Below, in pieces: positions 19,230 through 29,495 of a DNA stretch of 45,944 bases. The notes below the pieces were generated by a model, which made no database searches, was not told where the DNA came from, and was given only the letters and a program-made list of their open reading frames with translations. A program made the translations under genes and the position numbers. Source of the DNA: Arenimonas sp. (GTDB lineage Bacteria > Pseudomonadota > Gammaproteobacteria > Xanthomonadales > Xanthomonadaceae). Within the stretch, counting starts at the first letter, position 1, and every line of letters starts with the position of its first letter. Location: positions 1 through 45,944 of the forward strand of contig JAYTOD010000048.1 of the NCBI GenBank assembly GCA_043747995.1, given 5' to 3'.

Positions 19230-20269
19230 TTTAAATCCTGCAGGAGTTTTTTGATGGGGGCGGGCAAGCCAATTTGCGAAAGTTGCTGGTGAGCAATCCA
19301 TTGATATCGATCATTATCCATGATATGTACTTTGCGCGCACATTTTCGCCAAACTATGGGTTGTATGGCAAGTTGAAAATGACTAAATTGATGGCTGATT
19401 GTTGTTAATTGAGCATATTTTTCTGTTCGCAAAATAAACTGCTTAGCAAGAATCTGAGCTTGTAACGCATCGCTAGCTTCCGGCAATGAAAATAATCCGC
19501 CCCAAATGCCATGGTTTGGTCGTTTTTCTAGCAAGATTTCATTATTTTCCGAGAGCATAATCAGGGCAAAAGTTTCGCGTTTTGGAATGAGTTTGTGTGC
19601 TTTTTTACTAGGAAAATTTGTCACACTGTTGCTTAGCAAGGCTTGGCAATGTGTAGCTAATGGGCAACGCGCGCAATTCGGTTTGCTGCGAGTGCATAGC
19701 GTTGCGCCAAGGTCCATCAGGGCTTGCGTGTAATCGGCCAGCTTTGTAGTAGGCAAGTGCGATTCGGCAAGTTGCCAAAGCTGGCTTTGCACCGCGTTAG
19801 TATTGCTATCGCCGGCAATGGCATGGAAGCGCGTTAATATACGTTTCACGTTGCCATCTAAAATGGCGAACGGCAAGCCGAGCGCTTGGCTAAGAATAGC
19901 GCCAGCAGTGGAGCGCCCAATGCCCGGTAAAGCGATTAGTCCGGCATATGTTTTTGGCAATTCAGCATCAAATTGCGCTAGGCAGATTTGCGCGCTTTTG
20001 TGTAAATTACGCGCCCTAGAATAATAGCCAAGGCCAGCCCAGAGTTGCATTACTTTTTCACTTGGCGCACGTGCTAAATCGCCAAGTGTTGGGAATGTCT
20101 GCATAAAGGCATTGAAATACGAGATGACCGTGCTGACTTGCGTTTGCTGCAACATAATTTCCGAAACCCAAACCTGATAATCCGAGCGCGGATGTTGCCA
20201 AGGCAAATCGTGCCGGCCATGCTGCTGGTGCCAAGCCAGTAAGCGCTTAGCAAAAATAAACTCGGCCAT
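19226..20269 (-). CDS. mutY: A/G-specific adenine glycosylase
   Basis: [23 protein letters not shown], Hh[18 protein letters not shown], Fe-S motif C-x6-C-x2-C-x5-C. Confidence 0.96.
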   Translation of the reverse strand: MAEFIFAKRLLAWHQQHGRHDLPWQHPRSDYQVWVSEIMLQQTQVSTVISYFNAFMQTFPTLGDLARAPSEKVMQLWAGLGYYSRARNLHKSAQICLAQFDAELPKTYAGLIALPGIGRSTAGAILSQALGLPFAILDGNVKRILTRFHAIAGDSNTNAVQSQLWQLAESHLPTTKLADYTQALMDLGATLCTRSKPNCARCPLATHCQALLSNSVTNFPSKKAHKLIPKRETFALIMLSENNEILLEKRPNHGIWGGLFSLPEASDALQAQILAKQFILRTEKYAQLTTISHQFSHFQLAIQPIVWRKCARKVHIMDNDRYQWIAHQQLSQIGLPAPIKKLLQDLK

Positions 20270-21141
20270 TACAGATGTTCAGGCAGCAAAGCATTCACAT
20301 ACGATTCGGGGTCAAAGGCACGCAAATCTTCAGGCTTCTCGCCAAGCCCAATAAACCGAATAGGAATGCCGAATTCGCTGGCTAAGGCAAACAATACGCC
20401 ACCTTTGGCGCTGCCATCAAGCTTGGTAACCACTAGGCCAGTAACGCCAACTGCCTCATTGAATGCGCGGCATTGATTAATAGCATTTTGCCCAGTGGTG
20501 CCATCAATTATAAGCAATACTTCATGCGGAGCGCTGGCATCAAGCTTAGCCATAACGCGTTTGATTTTGCTGAGCTCGGCCATTAAATGTGTTTGTGTAT
20601 GCAAGCGGCCAGCTGTGTCAACAATCAACACATCAAAACCGCGTGATTGTGCCGCTTGCAAGGCATCAAACGCCACTGAAGCTGGGTCAGCATCTTGGCC
20701 TTGTGCAATGACCGCGACATTATTGCGTTCGCCCCAAATTTGTAATTGCTGAACGGCAGCGGCTCGAAAGGTATCGCCTGCGGCTAGCATTAGGCTGTGT
20801 CCATCTTGCTGAAAGCGGCATGCCAGTTTGCCAATGGTGGTGGTTTTACCAACCCCATTTACACCAACCGTTAATATTACAAAAGGTTTGTGCGCAGGGT
20901 TAATCACTAACGGCTTATGAATTGGCGCCAATAAATCCATCAGTTGTTGTCGTAAGGCCGCTAGCAATTGTTGGGAATTGCTGAATTCGCGGGCCTTAAA
21001 GCGTTTTTGTAGTGGCGCCATAATCTGCGCGCTGGCTTTCACACCAACATCGGCGCTAATTAAGGCGATTTCCAGTTCGTCGAGTAGGTCGGCATCGAGT
21101 TTCGGGTTGCGTGAAAATAAGCTTTTGAATAAATCAAACAT
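20269..21141 (-). CDS. ftsY: SRP receptor FtsY (NG domain only)
   Basis: GVNGVGKTTT, DTFRAAA, DTAGR, TKLDGSAKGG, GLGE; ATG 21141 (alternative GTG 21159). Confidence 0.95.
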   Translation of the reverse strand: MFDLFKSLFSRNPKLDADLLDELEIALISADVGVKASAQIMAPLQKRFKAREFSNSQQLLAALRQQLMDLLAPIHKPLVINPAHKPFVILTVGVNGVGKTTTIGKLACRFQQDGHSLMLAAGDTFRAAAVQQLQIWGERNNVAVIAQGQDADPASVAFDALQAAQSRGFDVLIVDTAGRLHTQTHLMAELSKIKRVMAKLDASAPHEVLLIIDGTTGQNAINQCRAFNEAVGVTGLVVTKLDGSAKGGVLFALASEFGIPIRFIGLGEKPEDLRAFDPESYVNALLPEHL

Positions 21142-21189
21142 AAGGCGATTCTGAGTCACAATAGTCAGTGCGTACTAAGGATATGGGGA

Positions 21190-21768
21190 TTGCGTGTGAA
21201 AAAAACAGGTACAGGCTTGGTGCGTATTATAGCCGGAACGCTGAAAGGCTCGAAATTGCCAGTGCTAGACAAAAACGGCTTACGACCCACCTCCAATCGC
21301 GTTCGTGAAACTGTTTTTAACTGGCTTCAGCATAGCATTCAAGATAAACAGGTGCTGGATTTATTCGCAGGCTCTGGTGCTTTAGGATTTGAAGCGGCGT
21401 CAAGGCTCGCTAAACACGTTGTGTTAGTTGAAAATGATTACGAGGTTGCGCAAGTGCTTCGTGACAATTCAGTCCGGCTGAAAACAGATTCGGTCGAAAT
21501 TATTCAGGCCGACAGCCTGAAATGGCTTAGTGCCTACCAAGGCGCACCATTCGATGTAGCGTTCCTTGATCCGCCGTTTGCATTTTCGCAGTGGACTGCA
21601 CTATGGAAGTGCTTGGCTCCTGTGCTTAATGAAAGGGCGCAGGTTTATATTGAGCATTCTGTTAAGGAAATCATTGCCTTGCCAGAGCAATTGAGTATTC
21701 TAAAGCAGGATAAAACCTCGCAAAGCCATTTTTTGCTTGGCCAATGGCATAAATCCTCGGTTGGCTGA
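21190..21768 (+). CDS. rsmD: 16S rRNA m2G966 methyltransferase
   Basis: RIIAG, LRPTSNRVRETVFNWL, LDLFAGSGALG, FLDPPF; start TTG 21190 or GTG 21196. Confidence 0.93.
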   Translation: MRVKKTGTGLVRIIAGTLKGSKLPVLDKNGLRPTSNRVRETVFNWLQHSIQDKQVLDLFAGSGALGFEAASRLAKHVVLVENDYEVAQVLRDNSVRLKTDSVEIIQADSLKWLSAYQGAPFDVAFLDPPFAFSQWTALWKCLAPVLNERAQVYIEHSVKEIIALPEQLSILKQDKTSQSHFLLGQWHKSSVG

Positions 21769-21788
21769 TACACTACATTGGGAAATAA

Positions 21789-22295
<507 letters not shown>

Positions 22296-22317
22296 TCAAC
22301 ACACAAACGAGGTTACT

Positions 22318-22845
22318 ATGTCACGATTACTATTGAGTTTGTCTAGCCTAGCGATGCTTTTAGCTTTAACCGCATGCGGCAAAAAAGAGTCTGATGAAAC
22401 TGCAAAAAGTGCAGCTCCTGTGGTGCTTGCTGTTCCAACAACAGATGACAGCGCTGCATGGAAGCAATATCTGCAAAGCGTAGTCACAAAGCCAGAATAT
22501 CAGGAAGTGGTTACAGATCGTATCATTCCATATTTTTTACCGATTAACAGCAAAACGGCAGATAACGATCCAAAAAATCCGGAAGTATCTAGCCCGTATA
22601 GCCGTCAGATGGATGTGGTACAGCCAGCAATATCAAGAACTGTAACGAAAGGTCAACTGTTGGTATTTGGCTCGCCAGATAGCAAAACCATGGCTGACTT
22701 TATAGTTGAATCTTTCGCGGGTGCAACGGCAACGGCTGTCAAAGGTTCCTCGGTATTGTTTATTGGTAAATCGGAAGATGCTGAGCGTGTGAAGGCTGTA
22801 GTTGAAGCGGCGGGTGGCAGTTTCTTATTTGAAGAAGTTCCGTAA
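22318..22845 (+). CDS. Hypothetical lipoprotein
   Basis: SD GAGG, lipobox LTAC. Confidence 0.75.
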   Translation: MSRLLLSLSSLAMLLALTACGKKESDETAKSAAPVVLAVPTTDDSAAWKQYLQSVVTKPEYQEVVTDRIIPYFLPINSKTADNDPKNPEVSSPYSRQMDVVQPAISRTVTKGQLLVFGSPDSKTMADFIVESFAGATATAVKGSSVLFIGKSEDAERVKAVVEAAGGSFLFEEVP

Positions 22846-22859
22846 TTAGAAATCTAGTG

Positions 22860-22885
22860 AAACAGCCTTTCTGCAAGGCTGTTTT
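22860..22885 (+). terminator. Hairpin/terminator after lipoprotein gene
   Basis: AAACAGCCTT-tctgc-AAGGCTGTTT-t. Confidence 0.6.
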
Positions 22886-22896
22886 GTGTAAAAAAT

Positions 22897-23151
22897 ATGG
22901 CCCTTAAAATCAATGAGCTGTGCATCAATTGCGATGTTTGCGAACCAGCCTGTCCGAATCAGGCTATAACGCAAGGTGAAAATATATACATTATCCACCA
23001 TGAGCGATGCACCGAATGCGTAGGGCATTTTGACGAACCGCAGTGTGTGGTTGTTTGCCCGGTTGAGTGTATTGATAAAGATCCGCAATACCCAGAAACA
23101 GAACAGCAGTTGTTACTGAAGCTCGCACAATTGCAGGTGCAAAAAGTATGA
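22897..23151 (+). CDS. yfhL: YfhL-family 2[4Fe-4S] ferredoxin
   Basis: [12 protein letters not shown] and [18 protein letters not shown]. Confidence 0.92.
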   Translation: MALKINELCINCDVCEPACPNQAITQGENIYIIHHERCTECVGHFDEPQCVVVCPVECIDKDPQYPETEQQLLLKLAQLQVQKV

Positions 23152-24017
23152 ACATGAAAGCGTGGTCTTTACTTGGCAATTCACAGAAGCTCGATGGTGG
23201 TGCCATGTTTGGCAACGCCCCGAAAGCGGTCTGGCAAAACTGGGTTAATGTCGATGAACTCAACCGCATTGATTTAGCTTGTCGTGCCTTGCTAGTTGAA
23301 AATATAAACGGCAAACGGGTATTGTTCGAAACCGGCGTAGGCGCGTTCTTTGAGCCGAAACTGCGTGAGCGTTTTGGTATTCAAGAATCAGAGCACGTAT
23401 TGCTTAATGAGCTAGCAAAAATCGGTTTCAACGATGCCGATATTGATGTAGTGGTTTTGTCGCATCTGCATTTTGACCATGCTGGCGGTTTATTGGCCGC
23501 TTGGCAGGAAAATACGCCGGCCACATTATTATTTCCGAATGCCACGTTTGTTTGTAGCGATATTGGCTGGCAGCGTGCACAAAACCCGCACCCGCGTGAT
23601 CGTGCCAGTTTCATTCCAGAATTGAATGCCTTGCTAGCAGCCAGCGGCCGATTGGAACTGGTGGCTGGCGATTACGCACTCAGTATGGGTGAAAGCGTGC
23701 GCTTTCATCATAGTAATGGCCACACGCCGGGCTTACTATTAGCAGAAATCATCGGCGAACATGAGCGCGTGGTTTTTTGTGCGGACCTCATTCCTGGCCG
23801 TGCTTGGGTGCATTTGCCCATTACCATGGGCTACGACCGCTTTCCTGAATTACTTATTGATGAGAAAAAAGTGTTTCTGGCCGACATGCTGGCTCGCGAT
23901 GTCACTTTGTTTTTTACCCACGATGCCGATAGTGCAACGGCGCATGTGTGCCGTGACGACAAAGGTAAATATTCAACCACCCATGAGCAGGCCGAATGGC
24001 TTGCACATGCTTTATAA
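23148..24017 (+). CDS. MBL-fold metallo-hydrolase (YtnP-like)
   Basis: [18 protein letters not shown] (HxHxDH), GHTPG, ADL, FTHD. Confidence 0.88.
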   Translation: MNMKAWSLLGNSQKLDGGAMFGNAPKAVWQNWVNVDELNRIDLACRALLVENINGKRVLFETGVGAFFEPKLRERFGIQESEHVLLNELAKIGFNDADIDVVVLSHLHFDHAGGLLAAWQENTPATLLFPNATFVCSDIGWQRAQNPHPRDRASFIPELNALLAASGRLELVAGDYALSMGESVRFHHSNGHTPGLLLAEIIGEHERVVFCADLIPGRAWVHLPITMGYDRFPELLIDEKKVFLADMLARDVTLFFTHDADSATAHVCRDDKGKYSTTHEQAEWLAHAL

Positions 24018-24027
24018 GGATTAACCC

Positions 24028-24429
24028 ATGATTTCGATGCTATATGCCGGTTTATGCACATTGTTAGTTATTTTTTTGGCGCTGCGCGTAGTGAAATGGC
24101 GTCGCGAACATAAAATTGGCCTTGGCCATGGCGATAACATTGAGCTTCAATGCCGTGTACGAGCGCACGCTAACGCCACAGAATATATGCCATTAGCATT
24201 GATTTTGCTGGGCTCATTAGAGCTAACTGGTTATTCGCCCATTATTATTCATATTTTAGGCAGTGTATTTTTTCTATCGCGCGTGGCGCATGCTTGGGGT
24301 GTTAGCCATAACGAAGGTTATTCGAAAGGCCGCTTCTGGGGCATGGCATTTACGTGGCTACCGATGATTGTGATGGCTATTTTTGCGATTGTTGGCTCTA
24401 TCATGATGCAGATTCCTAAAACGTATTGA
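24028..24429 (+). CDS. MAPEG-family membrane protein
   Basis: RVRAHANATEYMP, SRVAHAWG, hydrophobic helices. Confidence 0.85.
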   Translation: MISMLYAGLCTLLVIFLALRVVKWRREHKIGLGHGDNIELQCRVRAHANATEYMPLALILLGSLELTGYSPIIIHILGSVFFLSRVAHAWGVSHNEGYSKGRFWGMAFTWLPMIVMAIFAIVGSIMMQIPKTY

Positions 24430-24440
24430 GTGCTGAAAAT

Positions 24441-25757
24441 ATGAATCGAATTCTTCTAGTTATTTTTAGCGTGACTGCAGGCGCGTTGATTTTATTTAGC
24501 AGTAATTGCATGGCTAAAGAAATTAGCAAGCCAATTGAAACGGCGATTGCAACACACGTTAGCAATGATCACCAGCGCGCGCTGGCATTGCTAAAAGAAA
24601 CGGTTGATATCAATAGTGGCACCATGAATTTCGCCGGTGTTCGCAAAGTTGGCTCAGTGTTTGAGCGCGAGTTCAAAGCATTAGGTTTTTCAACACAATG
24701 GATAGACGGCAAAGCCTTTAATCGCGCTGGGCATTTAGTGGCGCAGTATGGCACGCGTGGCCCGAGGATTTTATTGATTGGTCATTTAGACACGGTTTTT
24801 GCTGAAGACAGCACGTTTCAAAAAATGCAGGCACTCAGCGATGGCAAAGCCAGTGGCCCTGGCATCACCGATATGAAAGGCGGCGATGTGATTATTGTGC
24901 ATGCCTTGCGTGCGTTGCGGGAAACCGGACAGTTGCGCAATATGCAAATTCGCGTGGTGCTAACTGGCGATGAAGAAAACAGCGGCGATCCCACGTCATT
25001 ATCCAAAAAAGCCTTGCTTGCTGCAGGCGAGTGGGCCGATATTGCAATAGGCTTTGAAGATGGCGATGGCGACCCGAAAACTGCTGCTATTTCACGCCGT
25101 GGTGCCAGTGGCTGGCAGCTTGAGGTGAAAGGTAAGCCGGCACATTCTTCACAGATTTTTCAGCCGAACGTGGGTTATGGTGCCATTTTTGAAGCAGCGC
25201 GTATTCTCGATGGCTTTCGTGTGGCATTGTCCACGCAGCCGAATCTGAGCTTTAACCCCGGTGTGATTGTGGGCGGCACCGACATTACGCTCGATGAACA
25301 AACCTCACGCGGCACTGCCTTCGGTAAAGGCAATGTGATTGCCCAAACGGTGCGTGTGAATGGCGATTTGCGCGCTATTTCGCCCGAGCAATTAAACCTT
25401 GCACGGCAAACCATGAGCAAGATTGTGGCAGAGCATTTGCCGGGTGCTAGTGCTACGATTCTTTTCGATGACGGCTATCCTCCCATGGCACCAACCGAAG
25501 GTAATGCCAAGTTGCTTTCCATTTACAGCAAAGCCAGCGAAGACTATGGTTTTGGATCGGTGGTTGCCATTAACGCACGCAATGCCGGTGCAGCAGATAT
25601 TTCTTTTGTGGCGGATAAAGTTGTAATGGCACTTGATGGCATTGGGCTGATGGGGTCAGGCGGCCACACGGTTAATGAAGTGGGCGATTTGAATAGCTTG
25701 GACTCGCAAACCATTCGCGCCGCCATAACATTATATCGCTTGAGTCTTTTGTACTGA
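24441..25757 (+). CDS. Exported M20-family metallopeptidase (carboxypeptidase G2-like)
   Basis: Signal peptide, GHLDTVF, DMKGG, GDEE, GGHT; alternative start TTG 24426. Confidence 0.88.
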   Translation: MNRILLVIFSVTAGALILFSSNCMAKEISKPIETAIATHVSNDHQRALALLKETVDINSGTMNFAGVRKVGSVFEREFKALGFSTQWIDGKAFNRAGHLVAQYGTRGPRILLIGHLDTVFAEDSTFQKMQALSDGKASGPGITDMKGGDVIIVHALRALRETGQLRNMQIRVVLTGDEENSGDPTSLSKKALLAAGEWADIAIGFEDGDGDPKTAAISRRGASGWQLEVKGKPAHSSQIFQPNVGYGAIFEAARILDGFRVALSTQPNLSFNPGVIVGGTDITLDEQTSRGTAFGKGNVIAQTVRVNGDLRAISPEQLNLARQTMSKIVAEHLPGASATILFDDGYPPMAPTEGNAKLLSIYSKASEDYGFGSVVAINARNAGAADISFVADKVVMALDGIGLMGSGGHTVNEVGDLNSLDSQTIRAAITLYRLSLLY

Positions 25758-25846
25758 GTGGTTCGAAGTAACAAGAGCTGAATGGTCATCTGATTTACTG
25801 AGACGAAGAAACAATTCAAGCTTTAATGAGATACGCCGTATTTGTT

Positions 25847-26347
25847 TCAAAGTATGCCCTGATTAGCCTGCCACAGCGTCCAATTTAGTGCGGCTGCAAT
25901 AGTTACCCAAACCAGATAGGGCACGAACAGCAAACCGGCTAAGGGTTGGATGCGCCAGAACGCACGCATATTCAGCGCAATAAGCAACCACAGCAAAACG
26001 ATTTCAGCGAAAGCCCCGCCCCCAAGCCGCCACGCGAAGAACATCCAGCTCCATAAAGCATTGAAGCCGAGCTGTACCAGAAACAACAATAGCGCGTTGC
26101 GTACGACCTCAGAAGGGCCTTTGCACCAAACCAACCAAGCCGAGATTCCCATCAAGATATACAGCACCGTCCACACTCTGCCGAATACCCAAACTGGCGG
26201 TGCCCATCCGGGCTGAACGAGCTGCCCATAAAATGTGGGTGCACTGATAGAACCTAGCCCACCAATTGCGGCAACTACGAAACACAGTAGAATCCAGCCA
26301 GGCAATGCAGCGGTTTGAACCCAAAGCGGTCGTTGATTAACTTTCAT
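25847..26347 (-). CDS. tspO: TspO/MBR tryptophan-rich membrane protein
   Basis: Y..L..P.WAPP.WVFG.VWT.LY.LMG, QL..NALWS..FF, L..PYL.WV..A..LN. Confidence 0.92.
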   Translation of the reverse strand: MKVNQRPLWVQTAALPGWILLCFVVAAIGGLGSISAPTFYGQLVQPGWAPPVWVFGRVWTVLYILMGISAWLVWCKGPSEVVRNALLLFLVQLGFNALWSWMFFAWRLGGGAFAEIVLLWLLIALNMRAFWRIQPLAGLLFVPYLVWVTIAAALNWTLWQANQGIL

Positions 26348-26401
26348 TATGTTCTCGAATGGTTATATAGCGGTCAAGTTAAACACAAATGCGTGTCTAG
26401 C

Positions 26402-27556
26402 TTACATAAACCTTGAGGCTAGCTCTTTCATGATTTCATTGGTGCCACCGTAAATACGCTGTACTCGGGCATCCACATACAATTCTGCAATCGGGTATTC
26501 GCTCATATAGCCATAGCCGCCATGCAGTTGCAGGCATTCATCAATTACGCGGCATTGCTGTTCTGATACCCAATATTTTGCCAACGCGGCACGGTCTATG
26601 CCAAGTTGACCTTTCAAATGCGCGCTCATGCAGGCATCCACAAAAGTTCGGGTGGCAAGCACTGTAGCTTGCACTTCAGCTAATTTGAAGCGAGTGTTTT
26701 GAAAGCTCCACACTGTTTTTCCGAAGGCTTTTCGTTCTTTGGTGTAAGCAACGGTTTCAGTGAGTGCACGTTCCATGGCGCCAATGCCACCAACGGCAAC
26801 TATTAATCGTTCTTGTGGTAACTGTTGCATTAATTGAGCAAAACCATGACCTTCTTGTGCGCCAATTAAATTGGCAGCCGGAACGCGAACTTCATCAAAA
26901 AATAATTCGGAGGTGTCTTGCGCCTTCATGCCTATTTTGTCTAAGTTTCTACCACGCTTAAATCCTTCAGCCTGATCGGTTTCAATCACGAATAAGGAAA
27001 CGCCTTGTGCGGCTTGGTCGCGGTCCGTTTTGCAAGCGACAATAATTAAATTCGCATTTTGACCATTAGTCACAAAGGTTTTTTGACCACTAATAAGGTA
27101 ATCATCGCCATCACGAATAGCCACCGTGCGAATAGCTTGAACATCTGAGCCAGTGCCTGGTTCAGTCATGGCTAATGCACCAATGAATTCGGCTTTGGCC
27201 ATTTTTGGCAGCCAACGTAACTTTTGCTGTTCGGTACCATATTCAAGAATATAGGGTGCAACAATGGCCGAGTGCATAGCGCCACCAAAAGAACATAAAT
27301 TAGCACGCGCTTGTTCTAAAATAATAATCGCATCGTGGCCAAAGTCGCCGCCGCCGCCGCCATAGCATTCAGGAATGGCGGCACATAATAATCCTTGCTC
27401 GGCAGCTTCATGCCAAATGTCTTTTCCAATAACCCCAGCTTCACGCCAAGCTGGTGCTTGCGGAACCCATCGTTCTTTGAAAAATCGCACAATGCTGTCT
27501 TGTAGCATGCGATGTTCTTCACTAATCCATGCAGAAGGAAAATTATCAATGGCCAT
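26402..27556 (-). CDS. Acyl-CoA dehydrogenase (long-chain-type)
   Basis: AMTEPGTGSD, GQKTFVTNG, LPQERL, LHGGYGYMSEY, IYGGTNEIMK. Confidence 0.92.
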   Translation of the reverse strand: MAIDNFPSAWISEEHRMLQDSIVRFFKERWVPQAPAWREAGVIGKDIWHEAAEQGLLCAAIPECYGGGGGDFGHDAIIILEQARANLCSFGGAMHSAIVAPYILEYGTEQQKLRWLPKMAKAEFIGALAMTEPGTGSDVQAIRTVAIRDGDDYLISGQKTFVTNGQNANLIIVACKTDRDQAAQGVSLFVIETDQAEGFKRGRNLDKIGMKAQDTSELFFDEVRVPAANLIGAQEGHGFAQLMQQLPQERLIVAVGGIGAMERALTETVAYTKERKAFGKTVWSFQNTRFKLAEVQATVLATRTFVDACMSAHLKGQLGIDRAALAKYWVSEQQCRVIDECLQLHGGYGYMSEYPIAELYVDARVQRIYGGTNEIMKELASRFM

Positions 27557-27616
27557 AAACAACGCTCTTAAAAGTTTTGAAATAGAACATCAGGAGTAAA
27601 TGTTGAGCTTTAATAA

Positions 27617-28126
27617 TCAGGATGCTTTAGCTATTTTTTGCCGACGTTTTCCATCCAGCTGAGCACGACAACCTTCATTGATAAACCGCAATTCGGCTAA
27701 TGTTTCATCAATTTGAGAGCGCTTTTTTTCTAAATCTGCAATGGTAATTGCCGTACGTTGAAGCACAAAGTTTAATTGCTGCAAGCGGCCTTCGCCATGG
27801 TTACCATATAGATCAAGATATTGTTTGATTTCTTTTAATGTTGAGCCAATGGCTTTGGCACGTAAAATTAAAGCCAGGCGCGCGCGATCACGGCGCGTGT
27901 AGATTCGTGCATTATTGATGCGACGAGGTGCCAGCAACTGCTTGTCTTCATAAAAACGCAGTGTTCGTGGCGTAATAGAAAATGCTTGGCATAAATCATT
28001 AATACCAAATAATTCACTGGCGTCATCATCTTGATGCGAATCAACCATAGCGCGCGCATTGGCCGCATCTAGCTCCTCCAATGACGGAGCTTGAGCTGAA
28101 CGGAAGGCTTTTTTTTTGTTAGTCAT
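27617..28126 (-). CDS. MerR-family regulator, LiuR-like
   Basis: I..L...F.ITPRTLRFYED..LL.P.R, Y..RDRARL.LILR.K..G..L.EI...LDLY. Confidence 0.85.
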   Translation of the reverse strand: MTNKKKAFRSAQAPSLEELDAANARAMVDSHQDDDASELFGINDLCQAFSITPRTLRFYEDKQLLAPRRINNARIYTRRDRARLALILRAKAIGSTLKEIKQYLDLYGNHGEGRLQQLNFVLQRTAITIADLEKKRSQIDETLAELRFINEGCRAQLDGKRRQKIAKAS

Positions 28127-28422
28127 TAAACAACGCGACGCAAACGCATAGCCACTGACATATCGCCAGCCACTTTGAATTTTCCGAGCATAAATCCGGT
28201 TGTTGGTTCGAGTGATCCATCAATGAGTGCTTGCAGATTATCTAAAGTAATCGAGACCGTGCATTGCGCCTCTAGATTATCGTTCGATACGGTATTGGGT
28301 GTTGATTTACCGTCAATAAACACAACACCATCAGTGCCGCAGTCGAACTTTAAGGTGGCATCTAGGCCGCAGTTATCGCCCACGGTTTTACGCAAAGATT
28401 CAGTACAGGTTTCAAGACTCAT
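28126..28422 (-). CDS. SCP2 sterol/lipid-binding domain protein
   Basis: SD GGAG before ATG 28422; G.L.P...FM.GKFKV.GDM..AMRL motif; TAATG overlap with merR. Confidence 0.85.
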   Translation of the reverse strand: MSLETCTESLRKTVGDNCGLDATLKFDCGTDGVVFIDGKSTPNTVSNDNLEAQCTVSITLDNLQALIDGSLEPTTGFMLGKFKVAGDMSVAMRLRRVV

Positions 28423-28516
28423 AATTGTTACTCCATTAATAAATACTAAGGTTGCCAAAGATAGTACACCGAGCTGAGTGACGTTTGCAAGAATTATATT
28501 TCCTATAAGATAGATA

Positions 28517-28534
28517 GTTGACGTTAAGGTAAAC
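28517..28534. promoter_or_regulatory. LiuR-type operator in divergent promoter region
   Basis: GTTGACGTTAAGGTAAAC, imperfect palindrome close to the TTKACGT-NN-ACGTAAA LiuR consensus. Confidence 0.65.
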
Positions 28535-28595
28535 ATAATGTCTAATAAAGCATAAATCACAGAATTGTGAAAATTAATTCAAAAAAGGAATAGCG

Positions 28596-29495
28596 ATGAA
28601 CACAACAGAGGCTGCTTTGGAGTCGCGTTATGCCAGCGTTCTCAGGCCAGGCTTGTTTGTTGGACAGTTGCATTGGGTAACTGGCGGTGGCAGTGGTATT
28701 GGTCGTTGCGTGGCGCATGAATTAAGCGCTTTGGGTGCAACGGTTGTGATTAGTGGCCGCAAACTTGAGAAACTGCAGCAAGTTGCTGTAGAAATAGCTG
28801 AAGACGGCGGGCTCGCCATTTGTGTGGCGTTCGATATTCGTGATGAAGAGCAAGTGCGTACAGCCGTAGCCGACATTATGGCAAAACATGGGCCAATCGC
28901 TGGTTTAGTTAATAATGCTGGTGGGCAATTTCCTGCGCCCTTACAAGCTATTTCAAAACGTGGTTTTGATGCTGTGGTTAGCACCAATTTAACCGGTGGT
29001 TTTTTGATGGCACGCGAGATTTTTTTACAAAGTATGCAAAGCCATGGCGGCGCCATCGTGAATATGGCGGCTGATATGTGGAACGGCATGCCGGGCATGG
29101 GCCATTCTGGTGCAGCGCGTGCTGGCATGATTAACCTTACTAAAACAGCAGCGTTTGAATGGGCTTCAAGTGGCGTACGCGTTAATGCCGTTGCGCCAGG
29201 TTGGATTGCCTCTAGTGGCATGGATAATTACGGCGGGTTGGCAAAAGATATTATTCCCAAACTCAAGAACCATGTGCCATTACGCCGTATGGGTGTAGAG
29301 GCTGAGGTCAGCGCGGCAATCTGTTTTTTACTTAGCCCGGCCGCAGCTTTTATTACTGGCATCACCTTGCCCATTGATGGCGGGGCGCCACTGGGAAACC
29401 CATTATTTCCATCGGTAGATCACCAAAGCTCAAAAGCCTTTGACGGCTTTCATCGCGCGCAATTACCCGATGTTTTGAAAGGGGAGCAAAGCTAA
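28596..29495 (+). CDS. atuB: SDR oxidoreductase, AtuB (citronellol/citronellal dehydrogenase)-like
   Basis: Y.SV.RPGLF.GQ, TGGGSGIGRCVAHEL, NNAGGQF, GMGHSGAARAG; precedes carboxylase genes. Confidence 0.75.
   Translation: MNTTEAALESRYASVLRPGLFVGQLHWVTGGGSGIGRCVAHELSALGATVVISGRKLEKLQQVAVEIAEDGGLAICVAFDIRDEEQVRTAVADIMAKHGPIAGLVNNAGGQFPAPLQAISKRGFDAVVSTNLTGGFLMAREIFLQSMQSHGGAIVNMAADMWNGMPGMGHSGAARAGMINLTKTAAFEWASSGVRVNAVAPGWIASSGMDNYGGLAKDIIPKLKNHVPLRRMGVEAEVSAAICFLLSPAAAFITGITLPIDGGAPLGNPLFPSVDHQSSKAFDGFHRAQLPDVLKGEQS

Noticed and set aside
28423-28560. N-terminal extension of the SCP2 ORF
   Set aside because: Covers the AT-rich divergent promoter/operator; clear GGAG SD before ATG 28422
28628-29221. 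197-aa antisense ORF in atuB (and the many other shadow ORFs)
   Set aside because: Antisense shadows of well-supported genes, no motifs or SDs
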